Shown: one piece after another, positions 29,346-38,698 of the stretch
How positions within the stretch are numbered: position 1 is the first letter of the stretch
Layout: each line of letters begins with the position of its first letter
From: a virus
Taxonomy: Duplodnaviria; Caudoviricetes
DNA: 64,000 nt
Strand: one strand, 5' to 3'
Virus record (IMG/VR): IMGVR_UViG_3300035663_000005
Span: 22,728 to 86,727 of that record
Notes under the pieces: generated by a model
Told to the model about the DNA's origin: nothing
Databases searched by the model: none
The model's input: only the letters and a program-made list of their open reading frames with translations
Position numbers and translations under genes: made by a program

Positions 29346-29558
29346 TCAGCAAGCGGGAGTGTTGCCGCCAAAAAGACCCATCACCACATTGATGACAGCG
29401 ACCACGGCGTTCTTCAGCCACAAGGCTCCGTTCCAAGCGAACGGAAGCAGGGCGAGAGTAACGAGCATGCTACGATTGACCCCAACCTTGGAAAGAAGGC
29501 AGTTCAACTTGTCGCAGCCACCAGTAACAGGGCATGAGCCCGATTCAAACTTAGCCAT
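29346..29558 (-). CDS. Small membrane protein
   Basis: Hydrophobic C-half, CPVTGGC; RBS AAGGAG. Confidence 0.55.
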   Translation of the reverse strand: MAKFESGSCPVTGGCDKLNCLLSKVGVNRSMLVTLALLPFAWNGALWLKNAVVAVINVVMGLFGGNTPAC

Positions 29559-29604
29559 TTTTTTCTCCTTATGTAAAAGTTAATTGGGGATGGCAATCCC
29601 CTTA

Positions 29605-29979
29605 TCAGTTACGCTTCTTACTCTTACGAGAACTCTTGGTCTTAGCCTTGGGTTCCGTGTAATCGTCAAGATCGTAAACCTGATTTTCATAGACCTTATC
29701 AGTAAGGTCTTCAATCATACGCGAAAGTGTGTCAATGTTATCGTTGAACTCTCGTCGCACATCGTTAATCTGCGAATCAATTTCATTACGAAGACTAGAA
29801 ATTTCCAAATCAATTCTCTTGTTCGTTTCTTCGTGAACACCGTTAATAGTTCTCTGATTCTCATCGTCACGCTTCTTTGAGTTAGCAACCAAAGTGTTGA
29901 TGGCAGAGAATGCGTTAGCCGCGAGTGAGAGACCAAGCAATCCGTAAAGATAAGTATCCATAATGTATTCTCCTTTCAA
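29605..29979 (-). CDS. Membrane-anchored coiled-coil protein
   Basis: N-terminal TM then heptad-rich acidic region. Confidence 0.6.
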   Translation of the reverse strand: MKGEYIMDTYLYGLLGLSLAANAFSAINTLVANSKKRDDENQRTINGVHEETNKRIDLEISSLRNEIDSQINDVRREFNDNIDTLSRMIEDLTDKVYENQVYDLDDYTEPKAKTKSSRKSKKRN

Positions 29980-29999
29980 GAGAAGGTGAGTTTATTTAG

Positions 30000-30072
30000 T
30001 GCCCCCGACAGGACTCGAACCTGTAACCTACCGATTAAAAGTCGGCTACTCTACCAATTGAGTTACGGAGGC
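30000..30072 (-). tRNA. tRNA-Lys(TTT)
   Basis: GCCGA-CTTTTAA-TCGGT. Confidence 0.92.
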
Positions 30073-30077
30073 GGAAG

Positions 30078-30152
30078 CGTTCCTGATAGGATTCGAACCT
30101 ATGACCTGATGCTTAGAAGGCATCTGCACTATCCAGGCTGTGCTACAGGAAC
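30078..30152 (-). tRNA. tRNA-Arg(TCT)
   Basis: GATGC-CTTCTAA-GCATC. Confidence 0.92.
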
Positions 30153-30160
30153 TTAGTTTT

Positions 30161-30427
30161 TTAAGATTCCTGTTTTATTTCTTTGATTTGTTCTACTGAA
30201 AATCCTCGCCACGCATTCTTATCCAAATCCCAAACAGCGAGCGTATCAGGATTAGTTTTGCGAACCTTAACTTCTGTGGTTGGCTTTGTGGCGACAGGAG
30301 CGGGAAGTAAATCGCTCTTCAAGGTGCATCGCATCACACGCTCTGTGCCATCACGCTTGGTGAAAGTAACAACACAAATGTTATCACGAAGCAAAGTCAA
30401 GTAGTCATTACGAGTTAGTGTAGTCAT
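30161..30427 (-). CDS. DUF2693/WYL_2 Sm-like protein
   Basis: VTFTKRDGTERVMRCTL..VWDLDKNAWRGF. Confidence 0.8.
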   Translation of the reverse strand: MTTLTRNDYLTLLRDNICVVTFTKRDGTERVMRCTLKSDLLPAPVATKPTTEVKVRKTNPDTLAVWDLDKNAWRGFSVEQIKEIKQES

Positions 30428-30653
30428 TGTTGTTCTCGTTACGCTTATTATACTCGGTCTTGTTCAGTCCTGCAAGTATACCACGAAAAAAAGCGTGTGC
30501 AAATGAAAATGCTAAAGGAATCCAAAGTGGGGAAAGAGTCCATCTCCACGACCAATCAAGTTGTCCGTCAAGACGAAGAACCACAAGCGTCAGCGTGGAT
30601 GATGCTGCTGCAATTGCAGTTTTATTAAAAGTGTTGTCTTTCAATTCATTCAT
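30408..30653 (-). CDS. Small membrane protein
   Basis: LRL.G.LDWSW.W.LSPLWIP phage TM motif. Confidence 0.65.
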   Translation of the reverse strand: MNELKDNTFNKTAIAAASSTLTLVVLRLDGQLDWSWRWTLSPLWIPLAFSFAHAFFRGILAGLNKTEYNKRNENNNDYTNS

Positions 30654-30679
30654 ACAGTAATATTACCATACGAATGCGG

Positions 30680-31096
30680 TCAAGTCAAGCCCCTTCTGAT
30701 TGCATTTCCTCTAGCAAGTAAAGGAAGTTTTAAATCTGTTGAGCCTTTCTTTTTAGAAATAGATTTATAAACTTTACGAAGGGCTCGCAAAGAATTTTTA
30801 CTTTCGTGTATTTCTACCGCTTCAGTTTCGCCGTCCGTAGCAAATGCAATCCATCCACCTGCTTTTCTTTTTTTTAGAGTTCCATAAAATCTACGCATAG
30901 TCCCTGTTGGTTCTTTTAAAGCCCAATCATACGATTCTCTACCTACACGATAATCTTTATGTTTTTTAATCATTACCGTAATAACTGGTTTTTCATGTCT
31001 CATATCTGAAGGTCTGACAACTATGGAGCCCGATGGCTCAAGTGGTTCATCACTTGTTCCCGTTAACTTAGACCAAAAATCTTTAAAACTTATCAT
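30680..31096 (-). CDS. Hypothetical protein
   Basis: 138-aa ORF starting MISFKDF. Confidence 0.55.
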   Translation of the reverse strand: MISFKDFWSKLTGTSDEPLEPSGSIVVRPSDMRHEKPVITVMIKKHKDYRVGRESYDWALKEPTGTMRRFYGTLKKRKAGGWIAFATDGETEAVEIHESKNSLRALRKVYKSISKKKGSTDLKLPLLARGNAIRRGLT

Positions 31097-31294
31097 TTAT
31101 TTTTTTCTAGGATTTATTTTTTTGCCTGAGTAGGGAGAAACTTCAATTGCTATTGATGTTTTTCCATCATTTGTTGAAATTGCATCAACAACTTTGAGTA
31201 AAGGTAATCCTGGTCTGTCAATAACAGTTCCTGAAATTAAAAAACTATTGTAAATCTCATCAGTAACAGAAAGATTGATTATTTTTTTTGTCAT
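31097..31294 (-). CDS. Hypothetical protein
   Basis: RBS AAGGA; abuts next gene. Confidence 0.5.
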   Translation of the reverse strand: MTKKIINLSVTDEIYNSFLISGTVIDRPGLPLLKVVDAISTNDGKTSIAIEVSPYSGKKINPRKK

Positions 31295-31339
31295 GTAGTT
31301 TTCCTTTACAATTAAATTTAAGTGTTTAAAACATAAAAA

Positions 31340-32161
31340 CTATATCAAGGAAAATTCTTTTAATTTTTGATAAACTTTACCTTTAACTTGTGGCATATTT
31401 TTATATCCCATTATATGAACATATCCTTTATCTGTAGCATCATTATCTGTTTGAATTTTTCTTTCTCTAGTTTTATCATCCCCATTTAAATAGGATGTAA
31501 CAGAAATATTTTGTTTATGAGTTAACAACCACAGATAATGTTGCTCTGTTATTGTTGCAGGAGCCCAAGATTTGTATTTGAACATTTCTGCATAAGTTTT
31601 TTTTGTATCTTCTTCTAAAGAAAATTCTACGGCTTTTGTACCATAGTTAACAACAAAATCATAGTCTTTAAAACAACCAAAAATTCCCATATTAAATGCT
31701 TTATATGTTTCGTCTGAAGATTCAAACCCATATTTTTCTTTTAAATATGGTGTCAATGAAGAATAAAATTTTTCTAATTGATAATGTTTGTATGAACCTG
31801 TTTCTAAACTCTGCACAAGTATGTTAGACTCTTCTTCATATTTTTTATCTATAGGTTTCATTAAAAAAACATCATAATCTATATGCAAGAACGGTTCTCG
31901 TTTTTCGGCAATAAGTTTATACGCATACAATTTTCCTAAAGCCCAATTTTTACACTCGACTCCATTAAAAACATCCAATTCTGTTGTTATAGTTGAAAAT
32001 GGTGCGTCTTTAAAAAATTCTTTACTATTACTATCTGTTATTAAAGTAACATCTCCGTAATTTATTTTTGCATAGTATGCTGCTAATTTATGTAAGTCAA
32101 CAACATATTGATTAGGAATTTTTTGATAACCACCAGACCAATAAGACATGTAAATTTTCAT
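31340..32161 (-). CDS. DUF6734-like nucleotide-diphospho-sugar transferase
   Basis: LITD, WALGKLYAY, PFLHIDYDVFL, FNMGIFG, EQ, YVHIMG. Confidence 0.65.
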   Translation of the reverse strand: MKIYMSYWSGGYQKIPNQYVVDLHKLAAYYAKINYGDVTLITDSNSKEFFKDAPFSTITTELDVFNGVECKNWALGKLYAYKLIAEKREPFLHIDYDVFLMKPIDKKYEEESNILVQSLETGSYKHYQLEKFYSSLTPYLKEKYGFESSDETYKAFNMGIFGCFKDYDFVVNYGTKAVEFSLEEDTKKTYAEMFKYKSWAPATITEQHYLWLLTHKQNISVTSYLNGDDKTRERKIQTDNDATDKGYVHIMGYKNMPQVKGKVYQKLKEFSLI

Positions 32162-32206
32162 ATTTTAACTCCCTTAAAGTCTCAATCTTTTTGGTTTAAA
32201 TTTCAT

Positions 32207-32497
32207 TTATCGTTTTACTGATTGCCATGCTGGTGCTAGAGGCAAAGAGGTTTTAGCAACTGCTTGTTCGCTGCCTGCTCCTGCCGCTTGTAACCATTTT
32301 GCAACCATCCCCCTTCTACGATTTGCGTATAGTGCGTTTTCTACTTCCCAAGGAAGTTTTGTTCTTTCAAAACCATCATATTTTTCCACATCAAAATCTG
32401 TTGGAACCATGTCTGCTTGAAATCCTAAACCATAAGTGAAAACTCCGGTTCCATTCGCCGGCCCTTCTTCACGAATGTATTGTTTAAACGATTTCAT
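32207..32497 (-). CDS. Putative head-internal protein
   Basis: MKSFKQYIREE capsid-targeting-like leader. Confidence 0.55.
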   Translation of the reverse strand: MKSFKQYIREEGPANGTGVFTYGLGFQADMVPTDFDVEKYDGFERTKLPWEVENALYANRRRGMVAKWLQAAGAGSEQAVAKTSLPLAPAWQSVKR

Positions 32498-32498
32498 T

Positions 32499-32780
32499 TC
32501 ACGATTTAGAATTATCTTTTTTGGGTTCTTCTGTTGTGGTTTCTTCCTCTTTGCACTTCTGCTTTAGATAATGATTGTAAGCCCACACCACAACCAAGAA
32601 TACTACAGGCAGATACCATAGAATCCATCCCCAATTAGTTGTTAGATGGGTATTGTTTGTAATTTCCCATTGAAGTCTCTTCATAACCACATTGTCTTTG
32701 GTTGTGTCGGGAACAATAACTGGTGCTGTGCTGCAAGCCGTTAGAACGAGTGAAGTGATTAATCCTATTAGGTATTTCAT
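32499..32780 (-). CDS. Lipoprotein with C-terminal TM helix
   Basis: Lipobox LTAC, TM WGWILWYLPVVFLVVVWAY. Confidence 0.65.
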   Translation of the reverse strand: MKYLIGLITSLVLTACSTAPVIVPDTTKDNVVMKRLQWEITNNTHLTTNWGWILWYLPVVFLVVVWAYNHYLKQKCKEEETTTEEPKKDNSKS

Positions 32781-32790
32781 GTTTACTCCT

Positions 32791-33219
32791 TTACGACTTG
32801 TTTGCTGCTGCTGCTGAACCAAAGTAGAATCCTACAATGCTCAACAAGATTTGACGATTCTCTGATGTGAACAGGAACCCGTTGATTTCTACAAAGTATT
32901 TCTTGATGTTGTCCATGCCAAACAGGTTTGTTTGCGTGGCATCCACTTCAACAAAGGTTGGCACACCGAAGAACGGCAAAACAAACGGAGCCAAGAAAGT
33001 TGCAAAGAGTGTTGACAAAACGATGACTTGGCGAACTCCTCTGCCAACATCAATCCCAACTCTTTGAACTGCTGCGTTTTGATTTTTTGTGGTTCTTTCG
33101 TTCGCTTGCATCATCTGTTGAAAGAGTTCCTTTTGGTCTTGAGACTTCTGTGCTATGAAGCGGAACAGGAAGCCAACAGCAGAACCTCCAAGCATTGATA
33201 GTAGTTCAATCATAGGCAT
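32791..33219 (-). CDS. Holin-like membrane protein
   Basis: 2-3 TMs, C-terminal IVGFYFGS as in 3TM holin-like proteins. Confidence 0.55.
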   Translation of the reverse strand: MPMIELLSMLGGSAVGFLFRFIAQKSQDQKELFQQMMQANERTTKNQNAAVQRVGIDVGRGVRQVIVLSTLFATFLAPFVLPFFGVPTFVEVDATQTNLFGMDNIKKYFVEINGFLFTSENRQILLSIVGFYFGSAAAANKS

Positions 33220-33257
33220 GATAACCCCTTTCTAAAAATACTAAAGTATTTAGGAAA

Positions 33258-33290
33258 AGAAAAGGGGAGGAGTCGCCTCCTCCCCAATCT
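33258..33290. terminator. Intrinsic terminator downstream of OMP gene
   Basis: GGGGAGGAG/CTCCTCCCC stem plus U-tract on minus strand. Confidence 0.7.
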
Positions 33291-33312
33291 CTGACAGTAT
33301 TGAATTGTAAAA

Positions 33313-34068
33313 TCAGAACTTGATGCCGATACCGGCGGTGACATTCCAACTGTTCTCGTTGGCAGCGTTTACTTCCTGCCATACGGGAATACCGAAGCCT
33401 GCGTTCAGGTCAACATTGTTGGAGACCTTCCATTCAGCCTTTGGCCCAAGGAAAGCAACATTGCTGCCCTCGGTATACCACTGATTCAAGTCTAAGCCGA
33501 CAGCAAGTGAATCCCACTTATAGGCAACAAACGACTCGGCGTTCAAACCGTAGTTATTGTAGTTACCGAACACGGGGGTATAAGCATATGAGCCAACCCA
33601 CAGAACATCAAAAGTCTGTGTGTAGACAACCGAACCCCAAGTCATGTCATAGTTGAAACCGACATGTGGGTTCACATTATCTGTGCCGTATCCTGCTGAC
33701 CCTGTTGGCATCCATGCACCCGCTTCAACGCTGAAGTTGGTGACTGAACCAAGAAACTTCTCGCCTGTGAACAAAGCGTAATCTACACCAACATCAATAG
33801 CACCATAACCGGTGGAGTCCTGTGAATAAACAGGAACGGTGATGTGCCAACCGAGCAGGTCATACAACTTGCCCTTAATGGTTGAGTCCAACTCCGTAAC
33901 GGTGTCAACATTCTTCTTGCCCCAGAAGGTCAAGGTTTCGTCAACCGATACGCTGTTGAACATGGCAGGTGATGCCTTCGTAGCCGGAGCCGAAGCAGTC
34001 TGAGCGAAAGTGCTGTGTGCCAAAACTACTGCGGCTACAGCGGCGAAGTATCTAAAGAATCGTGTCAT
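33313..34068 (-). CDS. Outer-membrane beta-barrel protein
   Basis: Sec signal (AHSTFA), alternating aromatic beta strands, C-terminal GIGIKF. Confidence 0.75.
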   Translation of the reverse strand: MTRFFRYFAAVAAVVLAHSTFAQTASAPATKASPAMFNSVSVDETLTFWGKKNVDTVTELDSTIKGKLYDLLGWHITVPVYSQDSTGYGAIDVGVDYALFTGEKFLGSVTNFSVEAGAWMPTGSAGYGTDNVNPHVGFNYDMTWGSVVYTQTFDVLWVGSYAYTPVFGNYNNYGLNAESFVAYKWDSLAVGLDLNQWYTEGSNVAFLGPKAEWKVSNNVDLNAGFGIPVWQEVNAANENSWNVTAGIGIKF

Positions 34069-34471
34069 TTCATTTCTCCTTATAAGTTAGAACCCCTCAA
34101 CTCCGAGGGGTCTAGTATATTGGCCTGAAATGTCTGACAGATTAGATTTATAAAATAGTTTAAATTTTAACTTTTATCGCTCTCAAAGTCACATCGTGAC
34201 CTGGTGGATAAAGTTTCGGCAATCCTTGACGAGAAACGCCCTTTGGACGCTTGCGGGTTTTGTAGCCACCTTTTCGGAAAGCCTTTGTGCCATCTCTATT
34301 CTTTGCCATCTGATTTGCTCTTTGATTTAGTTTCTTTTTTAATTTCTTCTTGTTCGTTGTGTAAATTTTCCGCTGCTTGTTCTTCTGGTGTTGCAGAAGG
34401 AAATTTTATAGGTTCGATAGAACCCATTTTCAATTTTTCTCTGAAGTTTGGCCCAAGAAAAAAATTTTTCA

Positions 34472-35365
34472 TCAAGCGGTTCCTTTCATCACAAGATTAT
34501 GTGCTTGTGTGAATCCTTTAACTATCTCGTGCCAATCACGAAGATTGATGAATGCTCTATTTACCGTGTTTTCATCTCCAGGATCTCCGCCAGAGCAAAC
34601 ATTTGCTTTCTTGCAAAGTGCATCAGGAATGAAACTTAAATCTCCGTATATTGACCATCTTTGTCTAAAACCACCGAATGTTTTTTTAATTCCACCTTCA
34701 GAATACATTACTACTATAGTTCCAATTCCAGGAATAATTTTTTCGATTGCAGGAATACCAGGACCAGTTGGATCTTCTATAGTTGTTGCTTTCCATCCTT
34801 GTGGAGGACGATTATAAAAATCTGGAATTTTTGGTGGGGTTTTTTTGCCGCCAAAACCAAAAATCTTCTCTGTTAGAGAACGCTTTACTTCTTCGTGCAA
34901 CTTCTTTTGATAGTAGTAAGCACTTCCGCTTAGTTGTGCAGATTCAATTTTACCTAAAGCGTAACGCCTTGATAGTGCAGGAATAATTTCTGCCGCAAGT
35001 TTGGTGATTAGATCTTTCTCTTTTTGTGTGCATTCCGTCTTTAGAATGCTTAGAACCTTGTCTGGATTATTAGAGTTCTGATTGATTTTTGCTGCCAATC
35101 GGGGGAGAACGATTGAAGAGAAAGAAGTTAAAAGTAGTTGTTCGTTTGGAGTAGCCGACTTCTTGAACCATCCGAAAAATTCTGAAACAGGAATTACAAT
35201 TTGAGGATTGCGATCCGAAAGTGTTTGCAACATTTCGTCAATAGTTACTTCACGATCTTCTTTCGACAAAACTGAAACAGGGGTTGGGGCGACGGGTGTA
35301 GTTTCAGCCTTATTTGGTTGAAACTTGGCGACTTCTTCCTGCAATTTCTTTTGATAATGATACAT
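34472..35365 (-). CDS. Late protein with internally repeated leader
   Basis: MYHYQKKLQEEV at N-terminus and YYYQKKLHEEV internally; TATAAATA upstream. Confidence 0.65.
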   Translation of the reverse strand: MYHYQKKLQEEVAKFQPNKAETTPVAPTPVSVLSKEDREVTIDEMLQTLSDRNPQIVIPVSEFFGWFKKSATPNEQLLLTSFSSIVLPRLAAKINQNSNNPDKVLSILKTECTQKEKDLITKLAAEIIPALSRRYALGKIESAQLSGSAYYYQKKLHEEVKRSLTEKIFGFGGKKTPPKIPDFYNRPPQGWKATTIEDPTGPGIPAIEKIIPGIGTIVVMYSEGGIKKTFGGFRQRWSIYGDLSFIPDALCKKANVCSGGDPGDENTVNRAFINLRDWHEIVKGFTQAHNLVMKGTA

Positions 35366-35395
35366 TTTTTCTCCCTGAAAAAAGTTTTTCTAAAG

Positions 35396-35403
35396 TATTT
35401 ATA
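35396..35403 (-). promoter_or_regulatory. T4-type late promoter TATAAATA
   Basis: Plus-strand TATTTATA; NTAAATA variants also precede genes at ~18100, ~21860, ~33250, ~43540, ~50325, ~50905, ~63525. Confidence 0.6.
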
Positions 35404-35460
35404 TTTAATTGCCCTGCGGGGGGGTATAAAGTTTTCAAAACAACTTAATAAATAAATAAG

Positions 35461-35582
35461 ATCAATAAAAAGGACTCAAAATGCACTCAAACAGAATTGA
35501 ACACTTTCTGTACGCAAACACAATTCCAACCGAACTTAACTATCAAACCGATATTTTAAGATCTTTAGTGTATACTGATGGA
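35461..35582 (+). repeat. 122-bp direct repeat, copy 1
   Basis: Identical to 37156..37277; includes RBS and first ~34 codons. Confidence 0.92.
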
Positions 35583-37163
35583 GCAGAGTATCCTTATTCT
35601 TTGAATCCTGTTGATATGCCAGTGTATGTGGGTCGATTACGAGATTCTGTTACAAAAATTTTAAATAATGCAAATGGTGTAAGTCAAGAGTGTGTTGGTG
35701 CATTTACACAAGCCGTTTGTGATTACGAAAAAAAATTGGCTGATATTAATGATAAAATAAGACAAGAAACAGATAATTTTCTAAAAAACCTAATAAACAA
35801 CTACATGGATTGGTTAGAATCTTTAGGATCTTATTTACCGATATCTGAGATTTATGATAAGTTTTTAACTGCTTTAGGTCAAGAAGCAGAATCACTAGGA
35901 CTTGCTGCTTCAGGTTTTTTTGGAACTTCTGAGGTTATTGACGCATATAATACTATACAATCTCAAATGCAATCATTGCCTGAGAATATACAAAATGCTT
36001 GGAGAGGGTATAGGCATAATATTGCTCAGTCAACCAGGGTAACTGGTGAAATAAATCAATTAAATACATTAATAGAATCACTTAGAAGAACCCCTCCTTC
36101 ACTTATCCCCTCAAATGCTAGTAGAGAAAGATTACTTAATCAATATTTAAGTCAACTTAACGATAAAAAAAGAGAACTAATAGCAATTCAAAATCTTATA
36201 TCATCGTATTCGAGTGCTTTATTAGACTTTGTTAGAAATAATCCACAAGCAGCAAGTATTCAGGGATTTAGACGGGCTATAGAACAAATAATTATAGTAA
36301 AGATAAAGCCTACGCCTCCTCCGGGTGCTAGACCAGGATTTGTTAATGTTGAAAACATTAGAGATGCATTTAAATGGATTGCTGGAACTTTAAAAAGATT
36401 AAAAAATGTGCTTAAAGCAGCATTAGTAGCACTGGGAGCAGCAGCACTTGGTGCTTTAATAGGAGTGTCTGTACTGTTAACTGCAGCATTAGAAAGACTT
36501 TTGTTTGAAATATCATCGGCTTGCAATACTTGGGAAAATAAAGTTCGGGAATTAGAAAATGTTCATAGATTTAGAGCATCAAGCGAATTTTATGAAAAAA
36601 TAAATGAAATTTTAACTGATGGTTGTTGCGATAAGTCCTGTCCTCCAATTTGTAGTGGTGGTTCAGGAAGTGGTTCAGGAAGTAATACAGGTTCTGGAGG
36701 AGGTTCTGGTAGCGGTGTAGGATCATCTTGCACTGAAGGAGTCGGATTAACTCTTCTGATGGGCAGCAAATATATTCCTACCTATTATGATTCCATCAAT
36801 ATAAATTACAAGAATATGTCTCAGGTGGCAGAACCTGGAAAGTGTGGATATTTGGATGATTGCCCTCCAAGAGATGTTTTTAATTGCACTATATGTGGAA
36901 GTTTAACAGTTGATTCTAACAATATTCCTGTTTCATATCCTGATAATAACTGGAAAACATGTAGAGATACAATAAGGACTATTCCTTCAAACACTGTAAA
37001 CGAACCACCACTTATGCCAAGACACACTTGTGCTTGCGGATGGCCAGATGAACAAAATCTGACTAGTCCTTGTGATATTGCTGGTCAACTTTATGATGCT
37101 GCAACCGATTTAGTTAAAGATATACTGAGCACTATTGGCGGCGGAATTACAACAAATCAATAA
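35481..37163 (+). CDS. Coiled-coil/hydrophobic-helix protein with GS linker and Cys-rich C-terminal domain
   Basis: 560 aa; C-domain paralogous to 63536..64000. Confidence 0.7.
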   Translation: MHSNRIEHFLYANTIPTELNYQTDILRSLVYTDGAEYPYSLNPVDMPVYVGRLRDSVTKILNNANGVSQECVGAFTQAVCDYEKKLADINDKIRQETDNFLKNLINNYMDWLESLGSYLPISEIYDKFLTALGQEAESLGLAASGFFGTSEVIDAYNTIQSQMQSLPENIQNAWRGYRHNIAQSTRVTGEINQLNTLIESLRRTPPSLIPSNASRERLLNQYLSQLNDKKRELIAIQNLISSYSSALLDFVRNNPQAASIQGFRRAIEQIIIVKIKPTPPPGARPGFVNVENIRDAFKWIAGTLKRLKNVLKAALVALGAAALGALIGVSVLLTAALERLLFEISSACNTWENKVRELENVHRFRASSEFYEKINEILTDGCCDKSCPPICSGGSGSGSGSNTGSGGGSGSGVGSSCTEGVGLTLLMGSKYIPTYYDSININYKNMSQVAEPGKCGYLDDCPPRDVFNCTICGSLTVDSNNIPVSYPDNNWKTCRDTIRTIPSNTVNEPPLMPRHTCACGWPDEQNLTSPCDIAGQLYDAATDLVKDILSTIGGGITTNQ

Positions 37164-37277
37164 AAAGGACTCAAAATGCACTCAAACAGAATTGAACACT
37201 TTCTGTACGCAAACACAATTCCAACCGAACTTAACTATCAAACCGATATTTTAAGATCTTTAGTGTATACTGATGGA
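37156..37277 (+). repeat. 122-bp direct repeat, copy 2 (truncated gene start)
   Basis: Encodes MHSNRIEHF...TDGI then stop. Confidence 0.92.
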
Positions 37278-37313
37278 ATATGATATTGCCTGAATATTTA
37301 CAACAAATAACAG

Positions 37314-37883
37314 ATGAAATCGTTTCGCACATTTTTAAACGAGCAAAGCGACCCAAAATGTTTGGAGCAATCCAAATTTGTTTGGCGTGGTGCTGTTAAA
37401 GAGAGTGCTATCTGTAATTTTAAAAATGGGATTGTGTGGCAGGGAGCCATTCAATCTGTTCCGCTTTTCAATATTAAAGGTGGAATAATGTGGGAAGGAG
37501 CCTTGCAAGCCAAGGCTATCGGTAACTTTAAAGGCGGCATCCTTTGGGCAGGCATGATTCAACAAACTCCGCTATGCAACATGCGCGAAGGAGTTGTATG
37601 GCAAGGAGCGGTTCAAGCAAAGGCTGTTGCCAACTACGGCATACAGATTGGTCAAGCAAACGAGTGCGGTTCTGAAAGTCTGTTCTTGTGGAAAGATATG
37701 GTTAGAAGTGTTGCGTTCTTTAATTCTAACACTAAACTTAGCAACCACATGAAAATGGCTTTAGTGTATTGGTTCTTGATGCGAACAACCAAGTCTACAA
37801 ATAAAAAAGCAGCCTCGGCGGTTAAGCCAAAGGCTGCTGTTTCAAAGCCAAAGTCTAAATCGACTCAAGCATCCAAAGCGTAA
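37314..37883 (+). CDS. Repeat protein with capsid-targeting-like leader
   Basis: MKSFRTFLNE then ~5 x 18-aa repeats (K.GI.W.GA.Q......N). Confidence 0.7.
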   Translation: MKSFRTFLNEQSDPKCLEQSKFVWRGAVKESAICNFKNGIVWQGAIQSVPLFNIKGGIMWEGALQAKAIGNFKGGILWAGMIQQTPLCNMREGVVWQGAVQAKAVANYGIQIGQANECGSESLFLWKDMVRSVAFFNSNTKLSNHMKMALVYWFLMRTTKSTNKKAASAVKPKAAVSKPKSKSTQASKA

Positions 37884-38698
37884 TAATTCGTCGTTTTGCT
37901 TGGCGAGTTGTTGATGAAGTTTTCAATACCTTGCATGATTTCATAAAACTTCTGCTTGTCTGAAACCATCTCCTGCTCCGTCAGGTCTTCGGTAAGAATG
38001 CGAGGAGTGGTGAAATCTGGAAGTGCGGTATCTACACCTATATTCCAATTCCTGCTTCCCCATTGCAAACGAGGAGGCTGACTCTTCATGTCTTCAGGAT
38101 GAGAAACTCGCTTAACCCTGTTCCATTGGTTTTCATCCCAACTGTTGTGAGAAGTCAACTCTCCGAATGTGCGAGTAGAAACATCGGGTGAGTGCGCCCA
38201 CACGCGAGCGTAAACCTGCTCCCAAATTACACGAGCCAAGTCGGGAGTAATCAGAAGAAACTGACAACCGTTCACCGAGATGCCCTTGCCTCTGCTGTAA
38301 TCTTCTTCAAACATCTTGAACAAGCGGTTGTTCATGTTCGCTTCATGGGTAGCCATGTTCCACGAGTCGCTTGGGTCTGCATCAATCTTGTGAAGCACAC
38401 TTAAAGGAGCCAACGGCTTATGGTCGGAAAGCATGGGTGTGCCGAACACACCCTCTAATTCCCGAATTTCCATCGGATACCAACAGTTTGTCCCGTTGCT
38501 GCCAAGCCCACGCGGAGCAGCACCAAGCCACTCACGAGCAAACAGGGCAACGCAATGTGGGCGGTTGGACTTCAATCTCCAAAAGTGAAGTTCCACAATG
38601 TTGTGCTGCTGCAAACCGTTGAACAGAATGGTGTGCTTGTTCACTACAGGAACGCCGTGAATCTTGGATAGTGTCATGGTGTCGTCACGCATTTTCAT
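37865..38698 (-). CDS. Hypothetical early protein
   Basis: 277-aa ORF containing ARVIWEQV. Confidence 0.6.
   Translation of the reverse strand: MKMRDDTMTLSKIHGVPVVNKHTILFNGLQQHNIVELHFWRLKSNRPHCVALFAREWLGAAPRGLGSNGTNCWYPMEIRELEGVFGTPMLSDHKPLAPLSVLHKIDADPSDSWNMATHEANMNNRLFKMFEEDYSRGKGISVNGCQFLLITPDLARVIWEQVYARVWAHSPDVSTRTFGELTSHNSWDENQWNRVKRVSHPEDMKSQPPRLQWGSRNWNIGVDTALPDFTTPRILTEDLTEQEMVSDKQKFYEIMQGIENFINNSPSKTTNYYALDA

Noticed and set aside
35461-37277. Transposon, or DGR template/variable repeat pair
   Set aside because: No transposase, terminal inverted repeats or reverse transcriptase; the copies are identical with no adenine-specific mismatches
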